Under the pieces are notes generated by a model. The model saw nothing but the letters and a program-made list of their open reading frames with translations. It ran no database searches and was not told the origin of the DNA. Positions 8,248 to 17,195 of a stretch of DNA of 64,000 nt are shown here, in pieces. The position numbers and the translations under genes are program-made. Source of the stretch: a virus; the IMG/VR virus record IMGVR_UViG_3300026512_000010, positions 1 through 64,000 of that record, one strand, 5' to 3'. Each line of letters opens with the position of its first letter. Positions within the stretch are counted from its first letter, which is position 1.

Positions 8248-8976
8248 TTAAAAATCCCAATCTGATAATTTTGTTCCCTGGAATTTCTTAAAATGCTTAT
8301 TATTTTTAGAATATTCTAAAAACTCTTCAGCAAGTTCATTTAATTCTAAAAATTTTAAATAATCATACCCCAAAGAAGTAATATCCGCATTAAAAGGAAG
8401 TTTCTTTGCATATCCTTCAAATTCTTCAAGTTCTCTTTTTATTTTATCATAAAATCCTAAAATTGCTCCTTCTTTTTCAAAAGCAGTTGTTCCCTTAGGA
8501 GGCTTACCACTTCTTTCAACAATTCTATCGATATATTTGTCAAAATTTTCTTTCCCATAATAATATATTTGATAGAAAAATTTTTTACATCCATTTGAAG
8601 ACATATGTTTAGGACGGACTCTAAATGTATCCATATTTGAATACCCTTCCCCTATTACATTTTTAATTTTAAGATGTTTTATATAATCTACTGTTGGCTC
8701 TGTCCCTCCAAATTTACTCCATAATGAGTCAAAACTTGCCCATGATACATATCCTGCTTTTTTATTATTTGTATATTTTCCTAAAAACAATAAATCTAAA
8801 TCTTTGAAATAAATTCCTAAGTCAAAAATTTTATCGTTATATGTGGTTTTATACACTTCAGAACGATATTTAGTTTCTAAAAATTTTATTAATTGATTCA
8901 TTCTTGTCCCTTTACCGGAACCAGAGGATCCCAATACTAATCCAAAAGTTTCCACTACCACTCCTTTAGAGAACAA
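8248..8976 (-). CDS. P-loop kinase-like protein (paralog of the C-domain of 11796..13415); candidate nucleotide/DNA-base kinase
   Basis: Walker A VLGSSGSGKGTRMNQLIKFLETKY resembles VLGSNATGKSTRITRLIEYLDKEY in the 539-aa protein. Confidence 0.45.
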   Translation of the reverse strand: MFSKGVVVETFGLVLGSSGSGKGTRMNQLIKFLETKYRSEVYKTTYNDKIFDLGIYFKDLDLLFLGKYTNNKKAGYVSWASFDSLWSKFGGTEPTVDYIKHLKIKNVIGEGYSNMDTFRVRPKHMSSNGCKKFFYQIYYYGKENFDKYIDRIVERSGKPPKGTTAFEKEGAILGFYDKIKRELEEFEGYAKKLPFNADITSLGYDYLKFLELNELAEEFLEYSKNNKHFKKFQGTKLSDWDF

Positions 8977-10094
8977 GCATTAATTTTAGAATAGTCATAT
9001 TTTGCACGAGGGCGTCCCATTTCTTTTTTAGCTTTTGTATATTTGCTTAATTCACAAAAGCTATTTTCAAGCATCATAACATTGAGACACCTATCGTATT
9101 CAGGAAGATGGTCAAAAAGTTTATTCAAATCCGTTTCCCATCCTCTTTTCTTCCATTCTTTTTCTATATAATCTCTTACCCAAAATATACACTCTTCATA
9201 TGTCATTCCATCTTTATCTTTAAACATATAATCAATACCCCCTTGACAACCTGGCCCAGCAACAGTAAATTCATTTTCACTAAATTTGAATTCTTCTATA
9301 TAAGTAAAATCTACAAAAACCTGATAAGCAAGAAATTCACTAAATCCGGGTATTAGAAGCAGTTTTTCATATGCGTCTTTTTGAGAAGAAGCTTCATTAA
9401 CAAGATTAGCAATATTTAAATCATCTCTTGCAAATTTGACAAGCCACAGCATTCTTACAACCATATTTGGCTCAAACTCTGAAATTTTTTCGGAGTCTTT
9501 AATCTTATCAAATGCTTCTCTTACAGTCATTTCTTTTCCATTGTGTTTAACTAAATTTTTAACAGTCTTACCATCCTTATATTCATATATTTTTGGAAAT
9601 CTCCAAGTATGTTTTATGCCACCCATGTTAAATGCTGAAGTATACCAAACATATTTAGGATTAGCTTTGGAAAACTCTTCAACTACATTTCTAATTTTGT
9701 CTATATCTTTTTCATTAAAAGTTAAAATATTAAACTCTTCAGGAAAATTTAAAATTCTAAATGTCTCTGATTTGTTCCAAGCTCTAAATAAAATACTCCA
9801 AAGGATTTTTTCTTCAAAAGAAAGATTTTCGTTTTTGCTAATGTTTCTTATAAGCCACTTGCTTTCTCTATCAAGTTCTCTTCTAACATTTGTGAATTTA
9901 TATTTTTGAAAAATTTCATCTTCCGTCCAAGATGGCGGAAGTTTTTCTATTTCTTTTTTCTTATATATTTTGTGCCTTTCAAAAATATAATTGTGATGAT
10001 ATTTTAAAATATCTTCATTAAAAGTAGGACTTGCTTTTTTTATAACCTCTTTTCTAACTCCACAATATGGGACATCAGCTGGTTTTGTTTTCAT
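8955..10094 (-). CDS. Hypothetical 379-aa protein (modification-cluster member)
   Basis: Large ORF between the P-loop kinase and the dNMP kinase; no motif recognised. Confidence 0.4.
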   Translation of the reverse strand: MKTKPADVPYCGVRKEVIKKASPTFNEDILKYHHNYIFERHKIYKKKEIEKLPPSWTEDEIFQKYKFTNVRRELDRESKWLIRNISKNENLSFEEKILWSILFRAWNKSETFRILNFPEEFNILTFNEKDIDKIRNVVEEFSKANPKYVWYTSAFNMGGIKHTWRFPKIYEYKDGKTVKNLVKHNGKEMTVREAFDKIKDSEKISEFEPNMVVRMLWLVKFARDDLNIANLVNEASSQKDAYEKLLLIPGFSEFLAYQVFVDFTYIEEFKFSENEFTVAGPGCQGGIDYMFKDKDGMTYEECIFWVRDYIEKEWKKRGWETDLNKLFDHLPEYDRCLNVMMLENSFCELSKYTKAKKEMGRPRAKYDYSKINACSLKEW

Positions 10095-10656
10095 CTAAAA
10101 TTCCCTTTATAAACTTTCTTATTTTTTCCTTTCCAGAAAAATCATTATGAAATATATAATCAACATCAAAGGTATCTATCGTATCTTCAAAGGAATGTTT
10201 TTTATGAATAGATTTATCAGAAATAATTTTTATAATTTTAAATCCATTGTTTTTAACATATTCATATTCAATAGGCGTTCTTAAATCAGAAATAAAAATT
10301 TCTTTTTTATTAGGAAGGGAACCAAATTCAAATTCTTTTTGAATTTCTTTTTGATATTTTTCTATTTCATCATTTAACATTCTAACAAAAATTCCATCTT
10401 CTATATCTCTTAAAAAATTTAATTTTAACCAGACTTCTCTTGGAACAATTTCTATTTTTTCTCCTATAGAAGTTTCATAAGTAAATTTTTGTTCTTTTTC
10501 TTCAGGTAAATAATCTTTTTTCATCCATGGATAAATGCAGTTAGCAAGTTTTTTAAGCTGGTCACTAAAAGAGAAACGCTTATAATTGAACTCTTTTAGA
10601 ACTTCTCCAAAATAATCTTTACCGCTTCCTGCTCTACCAGTTAATGCTATTTTCAT
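10075..10656 (-). CDS. Deoxynucleoside monophosphate kinase (T4 gp1-like)
   Basis: MKIALTGRAGSGKDYFGEVLKEF parallels T4 gp1 MKLIFLSGVKRSGKDTTADFIMSNY. Confidence 0.7.
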   Translation of the reverse strand: MKIALTGRAGSGKDYFGEVLKEFNYKRFSFSDQLKKLANCIYPWMKKDYLPEEKEQKFTYETSIGEKIEIVPREVWLKLNFLRDIEDGIFVRMLNDEIEKYQKEIQKEFEFGSLPNKKEIFISDLRTPIEYEYVKNNGFKIIKIISDKSIHKKHSFEDTIDTFDVDYIFHNDFSGKEKIRKFIKGILDENKTS

Positions 10657-10658
10657 AT

Positions 10659-11756
10659 TTATACCTTAATTTGAAATTTTCTAAATGGTGAATATTCAAT
10701 ACTCCATTTAACTTCTTCTGGAAGCATACTAATGTCAATCATAATATCTTCAGCAATTTCGCCTTTTTTAAGCCCTCTATTTTTAGTAATAATAAATGCA
10801 GTCACAAGTTCAATATATTTTTGAAGTAATATATCTTTTACATCCCAGTTTTCAATTAAAAAATCATTAATCTCCTGTCCTGCTTTATAATCTGTTTCTT
10901 TATTGACAATTAGTTTACTTTGCATTCTAACGATATTATCATGAAAATCTCTAAATTCTTGAGAACTTTTTACAGGAAATATAATACTGTGTCTATTTTC
11001 CAAATTTAATTTTTGTTTATCTCTATTTTTTAAAACATCATAACCCTGTTGTCCTGTAAAATCATAAAGGTGCATATTAGTGCAAAAATGTGTATATTCA
11101 CCTAATTTTACTTCTGAATCAATATTCTCCCTAAGCCAATGTGTAACAAATTCTTGTAAATAAGTGAATTCGAAAATATTAATAGAACCAAGCCCCCAAA
11201 TTATATCTCCACTTCTACTAAACATATTAAGATTTAATCTTTTTTCATTGTCCACAAAAATATTTATAAGTTGGTTGCAAGGTTGATCTTTTGTGCTTTC
11301 TAAGTGATACACATACTCTAAGCTCATGTCAGTATCTAAATCAGGATTACCAATATATAAATTTGCTCTTCTTGTAAATAAACTATCTTTTTTAAATTTG
11401 TTTAACATACTTTCCATCTGGCCAAATCTATAAAATCTTTCGCCATATCCTCCTCTCCATGTTTCCCCATCATCAGAAAAATCTCTTGCACGAGGAAGAA
11501 AATGAATGAGATACGGATCTATTAATATAGAACCACTCATTACCCAAAAGGTTTCAGCTATCATAGCAAATATATTATTTTTTCTACCCTCTAATGCTAA
11601 GTGTCTTGCTCTTGGATTTTTCTGAGAAAGAACAGCATTATAAATGACATTTATATTGCCATTTCTTGATGGTGTTCTTGCCCCCTTATTAATCAAATTA
11701 TCAATTGCATTAAATACTACTTCATTTATTGTTTCACCTTTTATTTCATGAATCAT
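10659..11756 (-). CDS. Thymidylate synthase-family pyrimidine hydroxymethylase (365 aa; dUMP or dCMP hydroxymethylase-like)
   Basis: ThyA-family core DQPCNQLINIFVDNEKRLNLNMFSRSGDIIWGLGSINIFEFTYLQEFV (catalytic Cys, RS.D..LG.P.NI); about 100 aa longer than ThyA or T4 gp42. Confidence 0.65.
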   Translation of the reverse strand: MIHEIKGETINEVVFNAIDNLINKGARTPSRNGNINVIYNAVLSQKNPRARHLALEGRKNNIFAMIAETFWVMSGSILIDPYLIHFLPRARDFSDDGETWRGGYGERFYRFGQMESMLNKFKKDSLFTRRANLYIGNPDLDTDMSLEYVYHLESTKDQPCNQLINIFVDNEKRLNLNMFSRSGDIIWGLGSINIFEFTYLQEFVTHWLRENIDSEVKLGEYTHFCTNMHLYDFTGQQGYDVLKNRDKQKLNLENRHSIIFPVKSSQEFRDFHDNIVRMQSKLIVNKETDYKAGQEINDFLIENWDVKDILLQKYIELVTAFIITKNRGLKKGEIAEDIMIDISMLPEEVKWSIEYSPFRKFQIKV

Positions 11757-11795
11757 CTGAACTCCTATTTTTATTATAATTATAACTTATTTTTA

Positions 11796-13415
11796 TTACA
11801 AAGTAAATTGCCATTCTGACAAAATATCTACTGTTTTGTTGTTATCTTCTTTCTTTTCCACACAATCACCAAATAAAAAATTTACAAAAAAATCTTCTCT
11901 CTCAAACGGCGAAACATCATATAACTCTGTTTCTGTTTCTCCATTACATTTCATCAATTTCAATTCTTCAAGATGTTTTCTCTGCCCTAAATTATCTCTC
12001 CATCCTTGTGACTTTTCAGCCCAGTCAAGTCTCCTATTTTTCCCTGTTCTTCCATTTGTTCTCAAAAGATAGTGCTCTATATCATCATATAGAAAAAATA
12101 CTTCTATCGCTTTATCAACATTAATGTTTCTCTTTTTTAATGCTTCATATGTAAATACTTTGCCTCTATTATTGAAAAAACCTTCTTGTATAAAATAATT
12201 TATGTCATAATTTTTAAACATATGTTTTATAAAATTAAATCTACTTTCCTGTGTTGTAAAATCAGAAGTATCTAAACTTATCCACTTTTTAGAAGTATTA
12301 AATCGTCCTAAAATAAACATTTTTCCTAAAGAAGTATTATAAATTCGTCCAATTTCTACTTCTTTTTTAGCTTTCATAGAATAGTATATCACAAATGTAG
12401 GATCACCATATTCTTTGTCCAGATATTCTATTAATCGAGTTATTCTTGTTGATTTGCCTGTTGCATTAGAACCTAAAACATTTATAAATGTATGATTAAC
12501 TTCTTTTTCTACTTCTGGCTCTATAAGTTTTCTATTTTTAAATTTACCCAAAGATGTAGATCTATTTTTGTTTTTTTCTTTACTTTCATACCAGGCTTCT
12601 ATTTGTCCCTTATCATAAATAGTCTGAGGAAGTAAATAATTTGACGAATCAAACCATTCTCTAAATGGTCTAGGATTATCCTTTAAAGCTTCTAAAATGA
12701 TGTCTCTCACAAGTCTTAAAGCATCCCTTACTTCATTTATTTTATTTGTTGATCTAATGAATCTAAATTCTATAGTTCCTACATCAATTAAACTCATGGG
12801 ATTTATAAATGGCCTAGCTATTAAAGATAGTTTTTTGCCATCTTTATTTATTTTTAGTGTATCTTTTAATTCCTGAAAATTTTTAGCTCTATTTATATTT
12901 TCAATGAAAATTTCAGAAATTCTTCTTCCACCATCATTTCTCAAATAATTTTTGGCCTTTTTATAAGTCTTTTCATCAAGATTTAATTTTTTGAGTTCAT
13001 TTTCATCAAAGGGATAACAGGCTTCAATTATATCTCTATGATTTTCATTAACATAATTAATTATCCTTTTAATTATTTCTATATCTTTATCCCATTCAGC
13101 AATTCTTGTATGTATGTGAAAATGAGACATACAAGATACGCCAAAATCATATTTATAATGGCAGAATATTTTTTCAACAAGTTTTACTGTATCACATATT
13201 CCATATTTAGGAGCTGTGTTAATTTCAGCACCAACAGGAGGATTAATTCCTGCAGGATCAACAGGAACATTTTTATATGGCTCTTTTGTATTTACAATAT
13301 CAAACTCAGAATGTTCAAATTCCCCCAAATATGATGGAAGTGTTCTTTCAATATCAGGCAATTCTAATTCCAATCCAAAACTTATATCACTATCACAAAT
13401 GTCCCATTTATTCAT
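11796..13415 (-). CDS. Two-domain protein: unknown N-domain plus C-terminal P-loop kinase-like domain
   Basis: C-terminal LGSNATGKSTRITRLIEYL Walker A, paralogous to 8248..8976; N-domain of about 300 aa unassigned. Confidence 0.45.
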   Translation of the reverse strand: MNKWDICDSDISFGLELELPDIERTLPSYLGEFEHSEFDIVNTKEPYKNVPVDPAGINPPVGAEINTAPKYGICDTVKLVEKIFCHYKYDFGVSCMSHFHIHTRIAEWDKDIEIIKRIINYVNENHRDIIEACYPFDENELKKLNLDEKTYKKAKNYLRNDGGRRISEIFIENINRAKNFQELKDTLKINKDGKKLSLIARPFINPMSLIDVGTIEFRFIRSTNKINEVRDALRLVRDIILEALKDNPRPFREWFDSSNYLLPQTIYDKGQIEAWYESKEKNKNRSTSLGKFKNRKLIEPEVEKEVNHTFINVLGSNATGKSTRITRLIEYLDKEYGDPTFVIYYSMKAKKEVEIGRIYNTSLGKMFILGRFNTSKKWISLDTSDFTTQESRFNFIKHMFKNYDINYFIQEGFFNNRGKVFTYEALKKRNINVDKAIEVFFLYDDIEHYLLRTNGRTGKNRRLDWAEKSQGWRDNLGQRKHLEELKLMKCNGETETELYDVSPFEREDFFVNFLFGDCVEKKEDNNKTVDILSEWQFTL

Positions 13416-13879
13416 TATATCTCCTTATAGCATCCGCCACGCTTAGCTTGCATTTTCTTTTTTATAAAGTCATCAATTTCATCTTTATCTCCATCTTTTT
13501 TAAAAATGGCCAAATAGGTTCCTGACTTTTGTTGACATCTAAATTTTATACCAAGTTTTTCATAAAACTTTCTTGCAGTTTTTTCAGAAGAGATTCTAAT
13601 ATAGGGTGTATCAACATTTTGTAAAAAATGTTTTACTAATTTTTCTCCTATATGTTTTCCTCTGTATCTTTCATCAACAAATAATAAATCAAGAGTTGTC
13701 TGTTTTTTATCTTTTGTGGCCTTCTTTGCATAAAACCCTAAAATGTCACCATCTTTATATACAAAGAATTCATCAGGAGGTCTTGCATTTATTTTTGAAT
13801 AAAAAGTTCCAGCATACTTTTGACCATCACAGTTTTTCAAAAAATTCTGAATTTCTTCCTTTGAAACTTGTATTATCAT
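13415..13879 (-). CDS. GNAT-family N-acetyltransferase
   Basis: ERYRGKHIGEKLVKHF (motif A R-x-x-G-x-G/A) and C-terminal FYEKLGIKF. Confidence 0.55.
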   Translation of the reverse strand: MIIQVSKEEIQNFLKNCDGQKYAGTFYSKINARPPDEFFVYKDGDILGFYAKKATKDKKQTTLDLLFVDERYRGKHIGEKLVKHFLQNVDTPYIRISSEKTARKFYEKLGIKFRCQQKSGTYLAIFKKDGDKDEIDDFIKKKMQAKRGGCYKEI

Positions 13880-13892
13880 ATAATTCCTTTAA

Positions 13893-13923
13893 TAATTATA
13901 ATATGTTTTACAACAAAAGTAAA
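13893..13923 (-). promoter_or_regulatory. Conserved phage promoter cassette (variant)
   Basis: taattataatatgttttacaacaaaagtaaa. Confidence 0.4.
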
Positions 13924-14922
13924 TTAAATCTTTTCTATCTTTTCTTCATATGTAAGTTTAAATTTACTTTTATCAATACCAATTCTAAAATATTCTTTTG
14001 GAGTAGTTTCCCTGATGCCATCCCATAATAAACTCCAATCCACACCATTCCATTCAGGATGTTTTGAAACATTTTCTATGTCCTCGGCAAGTCTGTGAAT
14101 ATAATATCCAACGTATCTACTATCTCTTTCTCTAAAAGTCTTTTTATATGCACAGGCTACTGTTTCAATAGTAAAATTATCCACAGGAATATTTTCTTCT
14201 TGAAGTTTTTCAAAAATTTCTTTTTTAGTTACATCTTCAAGCCATATTTTTTCATCTTTTGTAAAATTATGAACAATTTTCTTTCTTTTTCCGTTTTCAA
14301 TTATTCTTTCTTTTTTGGACCACTCATCCTTTCCAAACGCAAAACAAAGCCCATGTGTATGACTTTCTGCATTCTTTTCTCCAAGAAATAAGGTAGTTGG
14401 CTCTATATTATATACTGCTACCTGTTTTAAAGCTTGTGCCCAGTTCCATACAGAAAACCTTCCAAAATGTTTTATAGGTTTATAGATAGTGTTCCAAAGT
14501 TTATTAAAATTCTCTTCAGGTGAACTATTTAATAAGTCATCAAAATATTCACTCTGAGATTTGCCATTTAGCATATTTTTATAACTCTCTACTGTCTCAA
14601 CAAAAAATTTTCTCTGTTTTAATTTATCTGTCTGAAAGGGAATTTTATACTGAGCCCATTCCCACCATTTTTGAAGTCTTTTTATTCCAGCTATTTCAAG
14701 ATCTGGATATTCATTTATAATAAGATACGCTGAGGGTAAATGATATGTTACAGAAGTTAAAAAGCAGAACCACAGTATCTGCTCTTTATTTAGTTCAAGT
14801 CTATCAACAATATAATTGCTTATTGTAATAAAAGGGTCAATATCATTAGCATATAACATCCTCTTATAATAATGAATAAAATCATCAACTCTACCATTCA
14901 TATTCTTCCTCTTCTGGAACAA
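13924..14922 (-). CDS. Hypothetical 332-aa protein (modification-cluster member)
   Basis: ORF; likely true start at the MNGRVDDF Met, giving a short overlap with the amidotransferase gene. Confidence 0.4.
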   Translation of the reverse strand: MFQKRKNMNGRVDDFIHYYKRMLYANDIDPFITISNYIVDRLELNKEQILWFCFLTSVTYHLPSAYLIINEYPDLEIAGIKRLQKWWEWAQYKIPFQTDKLKQRKFFVETVESYKNMLNGKSQSEYFDDLLNSSPEENFNKLWNTIYKPIKHFGRFSVWNWAQALKQVAVYNIEPTTLFLGEKNAESHTHGLCFAFGKDEWSKKERIIENGKRKKIVHNFTKDEKIWLEDVTKKEIFEKLQEENIPVDNFTIETVACAYKKTFRERDSRYVGYYIHRLAEDIENVSKHPEWNGVDWSLLWDGIRETTPKEYFRIGIDKSKFKLTYEEKIEKI

Positions 14923-15577
14923 AGTCCATTGTTCTATCTATTTTTTCTAAATCGTCAGGAATTACCTTTTCTATATTTTCTATTAAATTTAATTCTTTAT
15001 CTGCTCTTAAAAGAATATTTTTAGTGCTTGCTATGATATAGCCATTTTTCAATGTGGCTTTCCATTGTGGTCTTAAACCATTTCTAAAATTTATTAATTT
15101 ACCATTTGGTGCCAAAAACACAGCAGACGCAGAACATCCTGGAAATTTTTGCAAGTATGATTTGTCTCTTGTATTCTTAAACCAGTGAAACAATAGTTCT
15201 GTATCATTTTTAGTTTCGCATAATATATTATAAGAAGTTTCCCAAAGTTCAGGTGGCTCTTGAGAAATAACACCATTATGAACAATAAATCCTTCTTTTT
15301 CATTTCCAATAGGCTGAGGATAGTGAATGTCAGATGTAGAATATCTTATGTGAAAAATGGCTCTTATTGAATTATTATATATTATTTCCGATAAATCAAA
15401 TTTTTTAAGAAAAGTTCTTGGAGGAATATTTTCTTTATAAGCATTTAATTTTCCATTATAAAATGCAACTCCAGTAGCATGACGCCCTCTAATTTCCGAC
15501 TCTTCAATAACTCTTTTTATGAGTTCCAGCTCCTTAAAAGAAATAACATCTAATTTTACTCCTACAACAGCACACAT
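14891..15577 (-). CDS. Stand-alone class-II (Ntn) glutamine amidotransferase domain protein
   Basis: Starts MCAVVGV (Cys2 nucleophile); ...RGRHATGVAF...HIRYSTS...PQP...VHNGVI pattern of GATase type 2; no fused synthase domain. Confidence 0.7.
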   Translation of the reverse strand: MCAVVGVKLDVISFKELELIKRVIEESEIRGRHATGVAFYNGKLNAYKENIPPRTFLKKFDLSEIIYNNSIRAIFHIRYSTSDIHYPQPIGNEKEGFIVHNGVISQEPPELWETSYNILCETKNDTELLFHWFKNTRDKSYLQKFPGCSASAVFLAPNGKLINFRNGLRPQWKATLKNGYIIASTKNILLRADKELNLIENIEKVIPDDLEKIDRTMDFVPEEEEYEW

Positions 15578-16092
15578 TTATTCACCTCTATGCTTTTATA
15601 AATTTCTTCCCAACTTAATCCAAAAAAATTGTTTATAATTGTTGGGTAATAAAATCCATATACTTTTCTTCTATCTTTATTCTTTTCATAAAATTCATCT
15701 ATAATCTCCAATTTATCATCAATTAAAATGTCAACATCCACAAGCCACTTTGAATCAGTCGCTATAAAATGAGCATAAGGAAAAAATCTTTTTATAAACT
15801 TCTTTTTTGAGTCATAGTGCTTCCCAAACACAGATGATATAAAAGCAATTTCATGATTTTCGCTTAATTTTTCAATAAACTCTTTAGCATCTTTGTATGG
15901 CTCAACATCATCATATAAATCTTCCTTTTCCCAGAATTCAAAAGGATTTTCGTGCTCAGAAAGATATTTTTTAACATTATATCCAATACCAGCAGGAAGT
16001 TCTACTTTATGTCCTGTTTCCTGTTCATACCATTCTAACCATTTTTCTAAAGTTGGAGCCACCGTTAAATCTACATCAATTCCTATCCTCAT
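15562..16092 (-). CDS. HAD-superfamily 5'(3')-deoxyribonucleotidase-like phosphatase (dNMPase candidate)
   Basis: MRIGIDVDLTVA (DxDxT/V motif I) at the internal Met. Start trimmed to ATG 16090-16092 to clear the upstream stop. Confidence 0.5.
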   Translation of the reverse strand: MRIGIDVDLTVAPTLEKWLEWYEQETGHKVELPAGIGYNVKKYLSEHENPFEFWEKEDLYDDVEPYKDAKEFIEKLSENHEIAFISSVFGKHYDSKKKFIKRFFPYAHFIATDSKWLVDVDILIDDKLEIIDEFYEKNKDRRKVYGFYYPTIINNFFGLSWEEIYKSIEVNKCVLL

Positions 16093-16102
16093 AATAAAGC
16101 CT

Positions 16103-16660
16103 TTACACGTTAAGCTGACGGTTGTCTTCGTTTCCTTTTTCATCTACTTTCTTATATTTTCCTTCTTTATAACCACCCTCTACTCTTTTATGATTCAATG
16201 CATTTTTCTTGAAATACCCATTCCATATTCTATCCTGATCAACACCTAATTCATAGCACATAGAAAGCATAAGTTCTTGAAAATAATCTGGTATAGATGC
16301 AAGTATAAATTTTGCAAGTGCCAATGTTTCATCAATAATAGAATCATTTATTTCATAATTTTCATCAAATAACTCTACAAGCTCATCTATTGAATTTTGC
16401 ATTAAAAGCAATGATAATGCAAAATGTAAAACATCAATTATTTCAATGACAGCATTTTGTTCATCAAGTTCTGATTTTTTCCACCAAGCCCAATTTGGTT
16501 CAACGCTTTGAAGCAATTCGCCATATTCGCATAAAGCAGCTTTTCTAAATTTCTTTTCTGGTATTTTTTCAGCCCAGTCTTCTCCTGAGTATTTTTTATT
16601 AAGTTCTAACTGTGCTTCAAGCAATTTTCTAAAATCTTGTTTTGAAAGTGTATTCTTCAT
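16103..16660 (-). CDS. All-alpha NTP pyrophosphohydrolase (dimeric dUTPase / T4 gp56 dCTPase-like)
   Basis: ELNKKYSGEDWAEKIPE...LCEYGELL...WWKK...EIIDVLHFALSLL resembles the dimeric dUTPase/MazG-like family. Confidence 0.5.
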   Translation of the reverse strand: MKNTLSKQDFRKLLEAQLELNKKYSGEDWAEKIPEKKFRKAALCEYGELLQSVEPNWAWWKKSELDEQNAVIEIIDVLHFALSLLLMQNSIDELVELFDENYEINDSIIDETLALAKFILASIPDYFQELMLSMCYELGVDQDRIWNGYFKKNALNHKRVEGGYKEGKYKKVDEKGNEDNRQLNV

Positions 16661-16667
16661 TTCTTCT

Positions 16668-16698
16668 TCCTTTTTTTATAATTATAATATGTTTTTAA
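16668..16698 (-). promoter_or_regulatory. Conserved phage promoter cassette (variant)
   Basis: ataattataatatgtttttaataaaagtaaa. Confidence 0.4.
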
Positions 16699-16720
16699 TA
16701 AAAGTAAACTAATTTCTAAA

Positions 16721-16951
16721 TCAATACTTGTATTCTTTATCAAAATATACGAGATTGTAATTTGCATATTTTTTATCTAAATATTCCTTTAAACCTTTAA
16801 TTATATTTTCATTATCTATTATGCAAGAATTAATAATGAACTTATCATCTTTTAATATGCTATAATATACAATCAATCCCCATTTTCCAAAAATCAAAAA
16901 ATTTTTTAATTTATATAAAAATTTCTTAATTTTCAACATTAGTTTTTTCAT
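16721..16951 (-). CDS. Hypothetical protein
   Basis: ORF. Confidence 0.35.
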   Translation of the reverse strand: MKKLMLKIKKFLYKLKNFLIFGKWGLIVYYSILKDDKFIINSCIIDNENIIKGLKEYLDKKYANYNLVYFDKEYKY

Positions 16952-17174
16952 TCCAAAAATCTCCTTTGAGATGATAATTTAAATCTACACCCATTTCTTT
17001 CATTTTGTATCTTATATCTCCTAATTTTTCAATAACATCCTTTCTTGACTCTTTTACATAATTTTCAAGAAGAATGTCCTTATTCATTTCAATTTGCTCT
17101 GCATATTTCATTATATCGGCAAGTTCTAAATAAAGCTCCCCAAGTTTCCTATAATATTCATAAGGATAATGCAT
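16926..17174 (-). CDS. Hypothetical protein
   Basis: ORF. Confidence 0.35.
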   Translation of the reverse strand: MHYPYEYYRKLGELYLELADIMKYAEQIEMNKDILLENYVKESRKDVIEKLGDIRYKMKEMGVDLNYHLKGDFWNEKTNVEN

Positions 17175-17195
17175 TTTTACCTCCTTAAATAAATT

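Noticed and set aside
9436-9909. Plus-strand ORFs from the six-frame track (e.g. 2123..2320, 6755..6973, 9108..9356, 9436..9909, 11836..12072, 13038..13525, 13606..14028, 14095..14720, 15893..16249, 22191..22475, 23024..23263, 31218..31511, 32262..32462, 34396..34593, 35299..35649, 37534..37791, 44195..44404, 47072..47275, 47945..48301, 48536..49033, 50868..51110, 51330..51717, 52941..53156, 55259..55447, 57527..57733, 62835..63029, 63119..63313)
   Set aside because: All lie antisense within well-supported minus-strand genes. They have low-complexity F/L/S/I-rich translations typical of AT-rich antisense frames and no promoter or RBS. Only the plus-strand ORF at 1..514 was kept.
15094-15309. 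Minus-strand ORFs nested inside larger genes (15094..15309, 17690..17875, 57327..57524)
   Set aside because: They lie in alternative frames of confidently assigned genes (amidotransferase, HD-Pnk, Pol-beta NTase). No independent support.
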